Assembly (NCBI RefSeq): GCF_900232105.1
Contig: NZ_LT934425.1
Span: 3,990,001 to 4,022,000 of the forward strand
DNA from: Candidatus Kuenenia stuttgartensis
GTDB lineage: Bacteria > Planctomycetota > Brocadiia > Brocadiales > Brocadiaceae
DNA length: 32,000 nucleotides
Direction of reading: 5' to 3'
Both the position numbers and the translations under genes were made by a program. The notes under the pieces are model-generated. The model was not told the DNA's origin. It saw only the letters and a list, made by a program, of their open reading frames with translations, and did not search any database. The first letter of the stretch is position 1. The number at the start of each line of letters is the position of its first letter. Positions 1 to 7,866 of this stretch are shown here, in pieces.

Positions 1-2
1 CA

Positions 3-149
3 CTTGGTTACGATATAGACAAACCTTTTTCTGTCACACTTCCTCTTAGAAAGACAGGGAGAGAATATAAGCGTTTCAAGATAGATGTTGAATCAGGCAA
101 AGTCTTATCAATGCAAATTAGAAAACCTGACCAAATTCAGAACTTCTGA
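3..149 (+). CDS. C-terminal fragment of a hypothetical protein running off the left window edge (LGYDIDKPFSVTLPLRKTGREYKRFKIDVESGKVLSMQIRKPDQIQNF*)
   Basis: Open frame from the window edge to TGA at 147-149, upstream of the PIN-like gene; too short for the ORF track. Confidence 0.4.
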   Translation, partial: LGYDIDKPFSVTLPLRKTGREYKRFKIDVESGKVLSMQIRKPDQIQNF

Positions 150-401
150 TCCGTGGAATTCTGTTTGATGCCAAATTGCAAGAAGTGCAGTCGCTCACAC
201 GTATCCATGTTGCTTATTTTCCTGTATGTATGCACCACACAAGCAGATTCGGCGGACAATACTCCTTTTTTATGAAAATAGGGATCACATCATTTTCCAA
301 TCAGCAAGGAAACGACTTCTTTCTGTCTATCACATATCTAACTATAATTGTTAGACTTGGATGTTTTTTACTGAAAAATACATTTCAGGAGTTTTGAATT
401 T

Positions 402-884
402 ATGGATTATATAAAAATTTTTAATAAATATCGTAATAAAGGCGTGCTGATAGATTCAAATCTCCTTATATTATTTTTTGTCGGCACATATAATCAATCG
501 ACCATTCAATGTTTTAAAAGAACGCAAAAATATAACATCGAAGATTTTGAACTATTAGAGTCCTTTATTAAGTATTTTAAAAAGGTAGTTACTACCCCTA
601 ACATTTTGACGGAGGTAAGCAATTTGTGTGGAAAGCTACCAGAGATATTTAAGTTAGAATTTGCTAAACATATTGAACTGTTAGATGAATATTATACTCC
701 CAGTCGCCATATCAGTAAATTAGAACATTTTAAAAAGTACGGTCTTACGGATTCTGGTATTATAAATTTAGTGAAAGGGGAATACCTTGTTTTGTCAGAT
801 GATTGGCCACTTGTTAGTTTTATGCAGGTAAAAAATATTGATACAATAAATTTCAATCATTTAAGGTATGTCAATTGGAGTTAA
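402..884 (+). CDS. PIN-domain-like protein (possible VapC-type nuclease)
   Basis: 160 aa with PIN-like acidic positions: VLIDSNLLILFF near the N-terminus, TPNILTEVSNL in the middle, GLTDSGIINL...YLVLSDDWPL near the C-terminus. Confidence 0.6.
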   Translation: MDYIKIFNKYRNKGVLIDSNLLILFFVGTYNQSTIQCFKRTQKYNIEDFELLESFIKYFKKVVTTPNILTEVSNLCGKLPEIFKLEFAKHIELLDEYYTPSRHISKLEHFKKYGLTDSGIINLVKGEYLVLSDDWPLVSFMQVKNIDTINFNHLRYVNWS

Positions 885-1370
885 AGGAGAAGATGACCTG
901 AGGGGTCAAATCTCTATTATTGGCGTACCCAGCAAGGTTGGGCTTGAGGCACAAAACCCAACGGTTAAATGTCGCGAACGGCAGTGAAACTGGGACTTTC
1001 TTTTTGATGTAACGAGTTTCGCAGGTTGGCCTGAATAATTTGAATCGTTGGGTTTCGCTTCGCTCAACTCAACTCAACACGACTTATTTAACAAAAAATG
1101 TATATCGGATATACGTATTAAGAAAATTGCTTGTGGTAAAATGATAAAAAGATGAATCTGGGGTAGACATGACCAGTATCAAAGAGATAAAATTTATCGT
1201 AATGTTAACGTCGGAAGACAGATATCGTCATTGTCATATTAGATTCAAAAGACAAGTTATCCGTTTTGCTGTACAATACGAAACCAAATTTTAAGGCAAG
1301 TGGCTGCCTGTGGTGAGATATGATACAGAACACGGTTTCGCCCATCGCGATTTATTAGACAAAGAAGGTA

Positions 1371-2515
1371 TAGTAAAAAGCATTTATTTTTATAAAAATC
1401 TGTTTTTTTCTTGCATTTGAATTGTTTCTAGAGTATTAAATTCTGCATGAATCCATTTCTCAGTGAAAAAACCCGAATAGAATTTAAAAAAGCACATAAG
1501 AAAGAGCCTCATAGACGTCATGCCGACCGAATCAAAGCTATACTTCTTCTTGATTCAGGATGGAGTTATGAAGAAGTAGCAGAAGCGCTCTTGTTAGACG
1601 ATCAAACAATCAGGAATTACGAAAAACTATACAAAGATAAAGGTTTCGACGGGCTTTTATCTGACAATTATGTTGGCTGTATGCCAAAACTCACTTGCGA
1701 ACAAGAAGAACAATTAAAAGATCATATCAGGAAAAACAACTATAGCGCGGCAAAAGAAATTGTTGAATATGTAAAACAGACATTCAATAAAATCTATACA
1801 CCCGAAGGAATGGTACATACCCTCGATAGATTAGGCTTTACTTACAAGAAAACTACAATAGTTCCAGGCAAAGCAAACCCTGAAAAACAAAAAGAATTTA
1901 TCGAAAACTACAAACAACTCAAAGAAGAGAAAGCCCCTGGAGATAAGATACTTTTTATGGATGGAGTTCATCCACAGCACAATTCTACGTCTGCATATTG
2001 CTGGATAGAGAAAGGCAAAAAGAAGGAAATACCCTCTAATACCGGCAGGAAAAGAATAAATTTAAACGGGGCTATTGACATAGAAACCTTTGAAGTAACA
2101 ATCCGGGAAGATGAAAGCATCAATGCTCAATCAACAATAAAGCTTTTCCATGAAATAGAGTCAAGGTATGCTCAAGCCGGTACTATTTACATAATCTCTG
2201 ATAATGCTAAATATTACAGGTCTAAGTTGGTCAAAGAATACCTTGCAAATTCGAGAATAAAGATCAAATTTCTCCCTTCCTATTCACCCAATTTAAATCT
2301 CATTGAAAGATTATGGAAATTCTTTCGCAAAAAAATATTGTATAACAAGTATTATGATACTTATGAGAAGTTTAAAAACAAATGTTTAAGTTTTTTCAAA
2401 AATATTAACGAGTATACAGATGAATTGTCTACTCTTTTAACTGAAAATTTTCAAATTATTGGCGAGCAAATTTCGAAAATCTGATTTGTTTGACTATAAT
2501 AAGCAAAAAACACCT
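1371..2515 (+). mobile_element. IS630-family insertion sequence, boundaries approximate
   Basis: Intact IS630-type DDE transposase; coding similarity of the host gene resumes on each side at TATA sequences (TA target expected). Terminal inverted repeats are weak and unresolved by eye. Confidence 0.6.
1447..2484 (+). CDS. IS630-family transposase
   Basis: 345 aa with N-terminal HTH (GWSYEEVAEALLLDDQTIRNYEKLYKDKG) and DDE motifs (FMDGVHPQHNS, IISDNAKYYRS, LPSYSPNLNLIERLWKFFRKK). Confidence 0.93.
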   Translation: MNPFLSEKTRIEFKKAHKKEPHRRHADRIKAILLLDSGWSYEEVAEALLLDDQTIRNYEKLYKDKGFDGLLSDNYVGCMPKLTCEQEEQLKDHIRKNNYSAAKEIVEYVKQTFNKIYTPEGMVHTLDRLGFTYKKTTIVPGKANPEKQKEFIENYKQLKEEKAPGDKILFMDGVHPQHNSTSAYCWIEKGKKKEIPSNTGRKRINLNGAIDIETFEVTIREDESINAQSTIKLFHEIESRYAQAGTIYIISDNAKYYRSKLVKEYLANSRIKIKFLPSYSPNLNLIERLWKFFRKKILYNKYYDTYEKFKNKCLSFFKNINEYTDELSTLLTENFQIIGEQISKI

Positions 2516-2615
2516 ATATTTGTCAAAGATTATAATGAGGCATTGACTTTTGCTGAGTACGATATTAAATCGAATTGGAAACTGTATAAACAAACCTTCT
2601 TAGGAGGTACAGAGT

Positions 2616-2912
2616 ATGAAGGGAAAAAGTAAGGATTTTTTTATGAGGAACTCTGGATTAAGCACAGAGTTTAGTAAATATATTTTAGACCATCCTGAGA
2701 TGGATGAACTTTTAACAGAAGAAAAAGTAATTATATTTCTGCCAGAATTCGACCCTGAGCTTAAAAAATTTAATCTCACTATGGCAAAAGAGATCGAGGC
2801 CGGAGGAGGAAAAGTTACCTATGTGAAAGTAAAGCAGTTATCTCCAAAGGTTCAATCGAGATTAGTTGGAGTAGAAATAGGAGGAGACTTGGGGTCGCAT
2901 CTTAAATATTAA
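2616..2912 (+). CDS. Conserved hypothetical protein (98 aa, DUF5647-like by recall)
   Basis: Complete small ORF; its start overlaps the 3' end of the disrupted gene, as in a translationally coupled pair. Confidence 0.55.
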   Translation: MKGKSKDFFMRNSGLSTEFSKYILDHPEMDELLTEEKVIIFLPEFDPELKKFNLTMAKEIEAGGGKVTYVKVKQLSPKVQSRLVGVEIGGDLGSHLKY

Positions 2913-3034
2913 ACCAGGTTGGATGATGTACGACTCGAAGAGAAAGCAAAGCGAAACCCAACCCAACCCAACTCTTAACGTTTGTAAAATATCGCAAATG
3001 GTTGTCGCTGGATTTCACCTTGTCCTACTCCACC

Positions 3035-3198
3035 TTTTGTTCGCAGGTGAGTTTTGGTACACAGCCAACATAATTGTCAGATAAAAGCCCGTCAGAACCT
3101 TTATCTTTGTATAGTTTTTCGTAATTCCTGATTGTTTGATCGTCTAACAAGAGCGCCTCTGCTACTTCTTCATAACTCCATCCTGAATCAAGAAGAAG
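3035..3198 (-). mobile_element. Internal fragment of the same IS630 element, inverted
   Basis: Minus-strand ORF 3025..3216 carries ILLLDSGWSYEEVAEALLLDDQTIRNYEKLYKDKGSDGLLSDNYVGCVPKLTCEQ, nearly identical to the N-terminal part of the transposase at 1447..2484. Confidence 0.85.
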
Positions 3199-3357
3199 AA
3201 TTCTTGACATGCACACAGCTTAATCATTTAAAAAACGAGGTATTGGATTGCATTAGTCTTTTACGACAAAGAGCAGAAAAACGCATTGAGCGAATAATTG
3301 CCAATTTGCGGAGCGGGAAAATGTTATTTTAATCATCAAATTTAAGGAGTGTAAAAC

Positions 3358-3561
3358 ATGAAAGCTTATGAATATTATGCAGAGGTTTTGCCTGATGGGC
3401 ATTTGTCTATTCCAAAAGGTCTTAAGGATAAACTGAAACCTGATTCAAAGGTAAGAATCATGCTTTTGCTTGATGATGAGGAAACAGCGTGGAATAACTT
3501 TGCGATGTCACAGTTTCTGAAAGGTTACTCGGAAAAGGATGCCATATATGACAACCTATAA
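3358..3561 (+). CDS. AbrB/VapB-like antitoxin-type small protein
   Basis: 67 aa: AEVLPDGHLSIPKGLKDKLKPDSKVRIMLLLDDEE resembles the swapped-hairpin AbrB fold; translationally overlaps the next gene. Confidence 0.6.
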   Translation: MKAYEYYAEVLPDGHLSIPKGLKDKLKPDSKVRIMLLLDDEETAWNNFAMSQFLKGYSEKDAIYDNL

Positions 3562-3700
3562 CTTTGGCGAAATTATTCTTGTGAGATTTCCCCATACTGA
3601 CTTGCAGGACATTTCTAAAATGCCTGCCCTTATTTTATACGATTCGGGGGATCAAGATATTCTCATAGCAAGAATAACAACACAGGAATATACCACTTAA
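3548..3700 (+). CDS. Short, probably C-terminally truncated PemK/MazF-like toxin (MTTYNFGEIILVRFPHTDLQDISKMPALILYDSGDQDILIARITTQEYTT*)
   Basis: 50-aa ORF starting inside the end of the antitoxin-like gene; the GEIILVRFP-TD----K-RPALIL pattern is typical of PemK/MazF N-termini. Absent from the supplied ORF track. Confidence 0.55.
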   Translation: MTTYNFGEIILVRFPHTDLQDISKMPALILYDSGDQDILIARITTQEYTT

Positions 3701-3719
3701 CTAAAAAATAGGTATACCA

Positions 3720-3920
3720 ATGCAAACATTTACCGTTACCATAGCCAAGGGGGAAAAGTTTTACATTGCACAGTGCAAGGAACACTCAAATTGTTTTACT
3801 CAGGGGAAAACAATAGAGGAGGCCATTCATAATATAAAAGAGGTTATTGAGCTTATACTGGAAATCAAAAAGCCTAAAATAAAGGTGGTATTAAAAGAAG
3901 ATCTTGTAAATGCCTTGTAA
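3720..3920 (+). CDS. HicB-like / type II toxin-antitoxin antitoxin-like protein
   Basis: 66 aa: FTVTIAKGEKFYIAQCKEHSNCFTQGKTIEEAIHNIKEVIELILE matches the HicB N-terminal fold pattern; no HicA reading frame follows. Confidence 0.6.
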   Translation: MQTFTVTIAKGEKFYIAQCKEHSNCFTQGKTIEEAIHNIKEVIELILEIKKPKIKVVLKEDLVNAL

Positions 3921-4118
3921 AAAAGGCAAAACAGAGTCAGAGATTGGAACTCGAAATTCTATCACTGAACAAAGACCCCACACACGTCTCTATGCACGGC
4001 ATCTTGTTGCCTGTTTTTAACGCCTTTACAAACATATACAAACACTACCAAGTAAATTGCTTTTTTATAACATTTCTGCTGTCAAGTAAATTCTAAATTA
4101 TTTTCGCTGAATAGTTAC

Positions 4119-4218
4119 AAAATATCTACATTGATACCGTCATTGTGAGCGACAGCGAAGCAATCTTAAGTCTTTTGGGAACAAGAGATTGCTTCGTCGC
4201 TCCACTCCTCGCAATGAC
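4119..4218. repeat. Palindromic dispersed repeat, copy 1
   Basis: AAAATATCTACATTGATACC followed by GTCATTGTGAGCGACAGCGAAGCAATC...GATTGCTTCGTCGCTCCACTCCTCGCAATGAC; the first 80 bp recur at 5606-5685 with one difference. Confidence 0.8.
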
Positions 4219-4249
4219 ATTTTTTAAGGGAAGTGTCCCTATATTAATT

Positions 4250-4810
4250 ATGCGCCGATATCATTTACAAAAGAAAGAACGAGAAATAAAGGAGTTTGAT
4301 GAAATACTCGATATTATAAAGAAGGGGAAATACATCACTATAGCAATGTGCAGGAAAAACGAGCCCTACATCGTCACCTTGAGCTATGGTTTTGATAAAA
4401 CAAAAAACGCTTTTTATCTACACAGTGCATTAAAGGGATTAAAATACGAATTTCTAAGAGAAAATAGCAGTGTATGCGCAACAATAATAGATGATAAAGG
4501 TTATATAATTAATGAATGTGCGCATGCATATCGTTCACTTGTAGTATGGGGAAAAATGTGTTTGGTGGGAAAAGGTCTATGGCATGGACATACTTCTTGC
4601 ACATCTGGAAAATACCCCAGAACAGATTAAAAAAGGGGCATTATCTAACATCCATATTTATAAAACAGTAAGTGGCTGTAAGAATAGAAAGATATATCAC
4701 CACAAAATTACAACGTCTGATAATGTATATTATGTTGTGTTTATAATGGATTTAAGTCGAAACTACGTTCTTATGGCATATTCGCACCTATTTAAACAAA
4801 TTCCACTTAC
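4250..4810 (+). pseudogene. NimA/pyridoxamine 5'-phosphate oxidase-like flavoprotein, frameshifted
   Basis: Frame 1 from ATG 4250 reads MRRYHLQKKEREIKEFDEILDIIKKGKYITIAMCRKNEPYIVTLSYGFD...YRSLVVWGKMCLVGK; the expected continuation KVYGMDILLAHLENTPEQIKKG...YKTVS is in another frame (ORF 4584..4952). The 3' limit is uncertain. Confidence 0.65.
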
Positions 4811-5406
4811 TTTGTCTTTTTCTGTGTTTTGGTTGTCTGTTTTGTGTCTATCCTTTTTGCTTTGCGCAATTCACGCAATGCAAGATAGAATTGCCTTTCC
4901 AGAGATGATTCATATTTCATTATTTCGCTCATCTTATCTTTTTCTTCAATAATTTTTAATGCCTTTAATTGTTGCAATTCATTTTTTGTTCTCTTCTTAG
5001 ATGTGAAAAATCCCTGTTCATATTCCTGAATACCGGAAGAGGCATGTTCAATAATCTGCTTCTCTATATTTAGACATCTTTTCATCCGCCATATACTAGA
5101 AACTATCCTGTCAGCGAAAAACGACTCAATTTCGTTTGAAGGTTTAAACTCCTTGTCTATAATAGCTCTCAAATCATTAAGGTCGTCAATGTTTTCACCT
5201 TCGATTAATATTTCATTACTAAATATATATTTTCTAATTACAGTGCTTTTAGGTACGGAGTCTTGTTCTTTTTCTGTAACTTCTTTTACAACAGTTTTTG
5301 TAGTTGGTTTTTTAATGATAGTATCCATAATCTTTTCTACTTTACCTTTACTGCCATTCTTCCTACTTTTTTCCTGCAAAACGTTTTCTTTTAATATTGC
5401 CGACAT
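4807..5406 (-). CDS. Conserved hypothetical protein
   Basis: 199 aa; EGENIDDLNDLRAIIDKEFKPSNEIESFFADRIVSSIWRMKRCLNIEK resembles a conserved small family often found near mobile elements. Confidence 0.6.
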   Translation of the reverse strand: MSAILKENVLQEKSRKNGSKGKVEKIMDTIIKKPTTKTVVKEVTEKEQDSVPKSTVIRKYIFSNEILIEGENIDDLNDLRAIIDKEFKPSNEIESFFADRIVSSIWRMKRCLNIEKQIIEHASSGIQEYEQGFFTSKKRTKNELQQLKALKIIEEKDKMSEIMKYESSLERQFYLALRELRKAKRIDTKQTTKTQKKTK

Positions 5407-5605
5407 AAATCATCCTCCAAAGTAAAAATTAATATCTATTTTACGTAATAGCATGCCAATACGAAAGATACACACATACAGGAAGTAATATCTCATATTT
5501 GCTATTAATATTCAATAAATATTTTATCCCCTAATGCATATATGATCATAACTTATTATATTTCCACGGTATGGAAAAAGATGAAAACTAGTATAGCGTT
5601 TTATT

Positions 5606-5685
5606 AAAATATCTACATTGATACCGTCATTGTGAGCGACAGCGAAGCAATCTTAAGTCTTTTGGAAACAAGAGATTGCTTCGTC
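5606..5685. repeat. Palindromic dispersed repeat, copy 2 (right end truncated relative to copy 1)
   Basis: Same AAAATATCTACATTGATACCGTCATTGTGAGCGACAGCGAAGCAATCTTAAGTCTTTTGG(A/G)AACAAGAGATTGCTTCGTC as 4119-4198. Confidence 0.8.
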
Positions 5686-5983
5686 TTAACGAAACGATGT
5701 AATAGTTGATGCAATTATTCTGTTAGAGATTTCTAAATTAAATTTAACTTTTGTTGACATAAATAGTTATAGCATTTGTGAAATCACATTTTGTGAACTT
5801 CTTGAGTATATAATAGATTATATTACATAGGTATTGCATAGTTATCGCCAAAGGTATTATTTATAATATACGTTGCCGGATCTTGATTTACTGATGCACT
5901 ACGGTTACTATACTACAGTCTGTAATCTGGTTTTAATAATCACTGGACGGGCAATCGTAACTTAATACGGATGCGTCTGACTA

Positions 5984-6343
5984 ATGACGTTTACATTTTA
6001 CTGGGAAAATGGTTTTTTTATGGAGGGACATGTGAAAAAAAAGGTTGTATTTAGCATATCATTGAGGGATCAGGATAATATTCCCGTACAGATGAAGAAC
6101 AAATTATTAGATAAATTTAATGAATTTGGCATTGAACCGGTTGATATAGGTTGGAATTTTGGAATAACAGACGCCTCTGACCTGGGATTGACAAAATATT
6201 TTACAAAAATAACTTACCAAACCGAGGGTAAAGAGGTCGATGATACGAAGGCATACACAAAAAAACTATATGAAACAATTGAAAAAACATTTACTGCTCT
6301 CAATCCTGATTTAAAAATTCAAAGTTATGAAATACAGGATTGA
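5984..6343 (+). CDS. Hypothetical protein (true start may be the internal ATG at MEGHVKKK)
   Basis: Complete ORF of up to 119 aa with plausible composition. Confidence 0.5.
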   Translation: MTFTFYWENGFFMEGHVKKKVVFSISLRDQDNIPVQMKNKLLDKFNEFGIEPVDIGWNFGITDASDLGLTKYFTKITYQTEGKEVDDTKAYTKKLYETIEKTFTALNPDLKIQSYEIQD

Positions 6344-6399
6344 ACAAACAAGGTTTGCAGTTTTTGATTTATTAAATTGATACAGGGCAAACATTACAT

Positions 6400-6438
6400 A
6401 AAAAAACCCTGACAGGGTTTGGAACCCCTGTCAGGGTT
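6400..6438 (-). terminator. Rho-independent terminator of the Cys-rich protein gene
   Basis: Minus strand: AACCCTGACAGGGGTTCCAAACCCTGTCAGGGTTTTTT (long stem followed by a T-run), just downstream of 6490. Confidence 0.8.
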
Positions 6439-6489
6439 AATATGCAAAATACTATCAGACTTATTTATTGAAGTTTTTTAAAAACCTAA

Positions 6490-6792
6490 TCAATGTTGCT
6501 CTTTCCTCTTTTCGCATTTTTCATCATTGCAATATTTGCATGGGTCCTTTTTAAATGCGGCCGCACACCCCTCGCAACAAAGCGTAATTGATTTTTCCTC
6601 GCATTTTACAATGACTGCTTTTCCCGCTTCATTTGCTTTACCACAAACAGCACACTTTGCATTAGTAATTTCCTCGGCGGTTGCCTGTTTCGTTCCGCAA
6701 CAACTTGATGCAAGTGTCGTATTTACCGCATTATAGGTAACTAAAGTAAATACAATCGCCAATACTCCGCAAATTAATCCAATACGCTTCAC
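6490..6792 (-). CDS. Small Cys-rich exported protein with TRASH/YHS-like metal-binding pattern
   Basis: GTG start with GGAG ribosome-binding site at 6792; signal-like N-terminus; CAVCGKANEAGKAVIVKCEEKSITLCCEGCAAAFKKDPCKYCNDEKCEK. Confidence 0.65.
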   Translation of the reverse strand: MKRIGLICGVLAIVFTLVTYNAVNTTLASSCCGTKQATAEEITNAKCAVCGKANEAGKAVIVKCEEKSITLCCEGCAAAFKKDPCKYCNDEKCEKRKEQH

Positions 6793-7018
6793 AAATTTGC
6801 TCCTTTCTCGAACTTGACATGTATAAAAATTACAATAAACGATGAGCCTTTCTCCAAATAGACCCACCAACGATTATGTAAAACAATAAATTTACTGAAA
6901 ATGTTTCAACATTTTAAAAAGGCCGCATTTTACCTAAAAAAATCATATTAGTTTACCGCCGAGGGAGCCAAGAATGCAGAAAAAATAAATAAACGGTAAG
7001 CGGAACTATTACAAAAGA

Positions 7019-7774
7019 TCATACGGTAAAATGGCTGAGGAATTCTCTCGTACGAATATTTTGAGGATTACAAAAAACCATTTCAGGGCTTCCGGACTCG
7101 ACAATCTTCCCTTTTTCCAAAAAAATTACCTGCCGGGAAATGCTTTTTGCAAAATGCATTTCATGAGTCGCAATAACCGTTGTCATTCCTTCCGATACCA
7201 ATTCCCTTATGACTGCAAGGACATCATCTGTCATTTCGGGGTCTAACGAGGATGTAGGTTCATCAAAAAGCATTGCTTCAGGTTTCATGGTAAGGGCGCG
7301 CGCAATTGCAACGCGCTGCTGCTCTCCACCCGATAACTGGCCTGGGTAGCTCTTTGCTTTTTTTTCCATACAAACCCTCTGAAGCATGCCCATCGCCCTC
7401 GATTCGGCTTCAGGATGGTTAATCCCCAAAACATGTACAGACGCAACCATTACATTATGCAAAACGGTCATATGCGGGAAGAGATTAAACTGTTGAAAAA
7501 CCATTCCGATTTTTCTGCGTATATCTTCTACTACACCATTGTTTTTTTTATAGCGGTAATCAGGTTCGAGCGTGCCGTATATGGTAAGCTCGTCAACGGA
7601 AATTTTTCCCTTTTGAAAACATTCAAGTCCGTTGATACAACGTAATAGAGTGCTTTTCCCGCTTCCCGAAGGGCCTATGATTGAGACAATATCCCCTTTT
7701 GCAATATCAAGATGAAAACCTGTGAAAAGAGGCTCGTGGTCGTATTGTTTTGTAAGGTCACGAATTTTAATCAT
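7019..7774 (-). CDS. glnQ: Polar amino acid ABC transporter, ATP-binding protein
   Basis: Walker A GPSGSGKST, signature LSGGEQQRVAIARAL, Walker B EAMLFDEPTSSLDPE; GlnQ-like. Confidence 0.9.
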   Translation of the reverse strand: MIKIRDLTKQYDHEPLFTGFHLDIAKGDIVSIIGPSGSGKSTLLRCINGLECFQKGKISVDELTIYGTLEPDYRYKKNNGVVEDIRRKIGMVFQQFNLFPHMTVLHNVMVASVHVLGINHPEAESRAMGMLQRVCMEKKAKSYPGQLSGGEQQRVAIARALTMKPEAMLFDEPTSSLDPEMTDDVLAVIRELVSEGMTTVIATHEMHFAKSISRQVIFLEKGKIVESGSPEMVFCNPQNIRTREFLSHFTV

Positions 7775-7790
7775 TTAAAATAGTGCTGAT

Positions 7791-7862
7791 GTATGGGCGA
7801 AGCATTTGTGATAACTGGCATACATGCGTTCATGCCCGAAAACGCAAATGCTTCTCCCCTAC
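7791..7862. repeat. Short palindromic repeat, copy A
   Basis: GTATGGGCGAAGCATTTG...CATACATGCGTTCATGCCCGAAAACGCAAATGCTTCTCCCCTAC; related copy at 10026-10098. Confidence 0.7.
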
Positions 7863-7866
7863 AGTT

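Larger units (their letters stand above)
1169..2632 (+). pseudogene. Small conserved gene split by the IS630 element. Left part 1169-1372 (MTSIKEIKFIVMLTSEDRYRHCHIRFKRQVIRFAVQYETKF*GKWLPVVRYDTEHGFAHRDLLDKEG-), right part 2516-2632 (-IFVKDYNEALTFAEYDIKSNWKLYKQTFLGGTEYEGKK*)
   Basis: The two fragments flank the transposase gene. Both enter an ATA codon in matching phase at 1370-1372 and 2516-2518. The left part also has an in-frame TAA at 1292-1294. The family assignment (small 'RYDT-HGFAHRDLL...EALTFAE-D...W' proteins) is from recall. Confidence 0.6.

Noticed and set aside
4145-4249. N-terminal part of ORF 4145..4630 (MSDSEAILSLLGTRDCFVAPLLAMTFF...)
   Set aside because: It is the translation of the palindromic repeat copy 1; the conserved domain starts at about ATG 4250.
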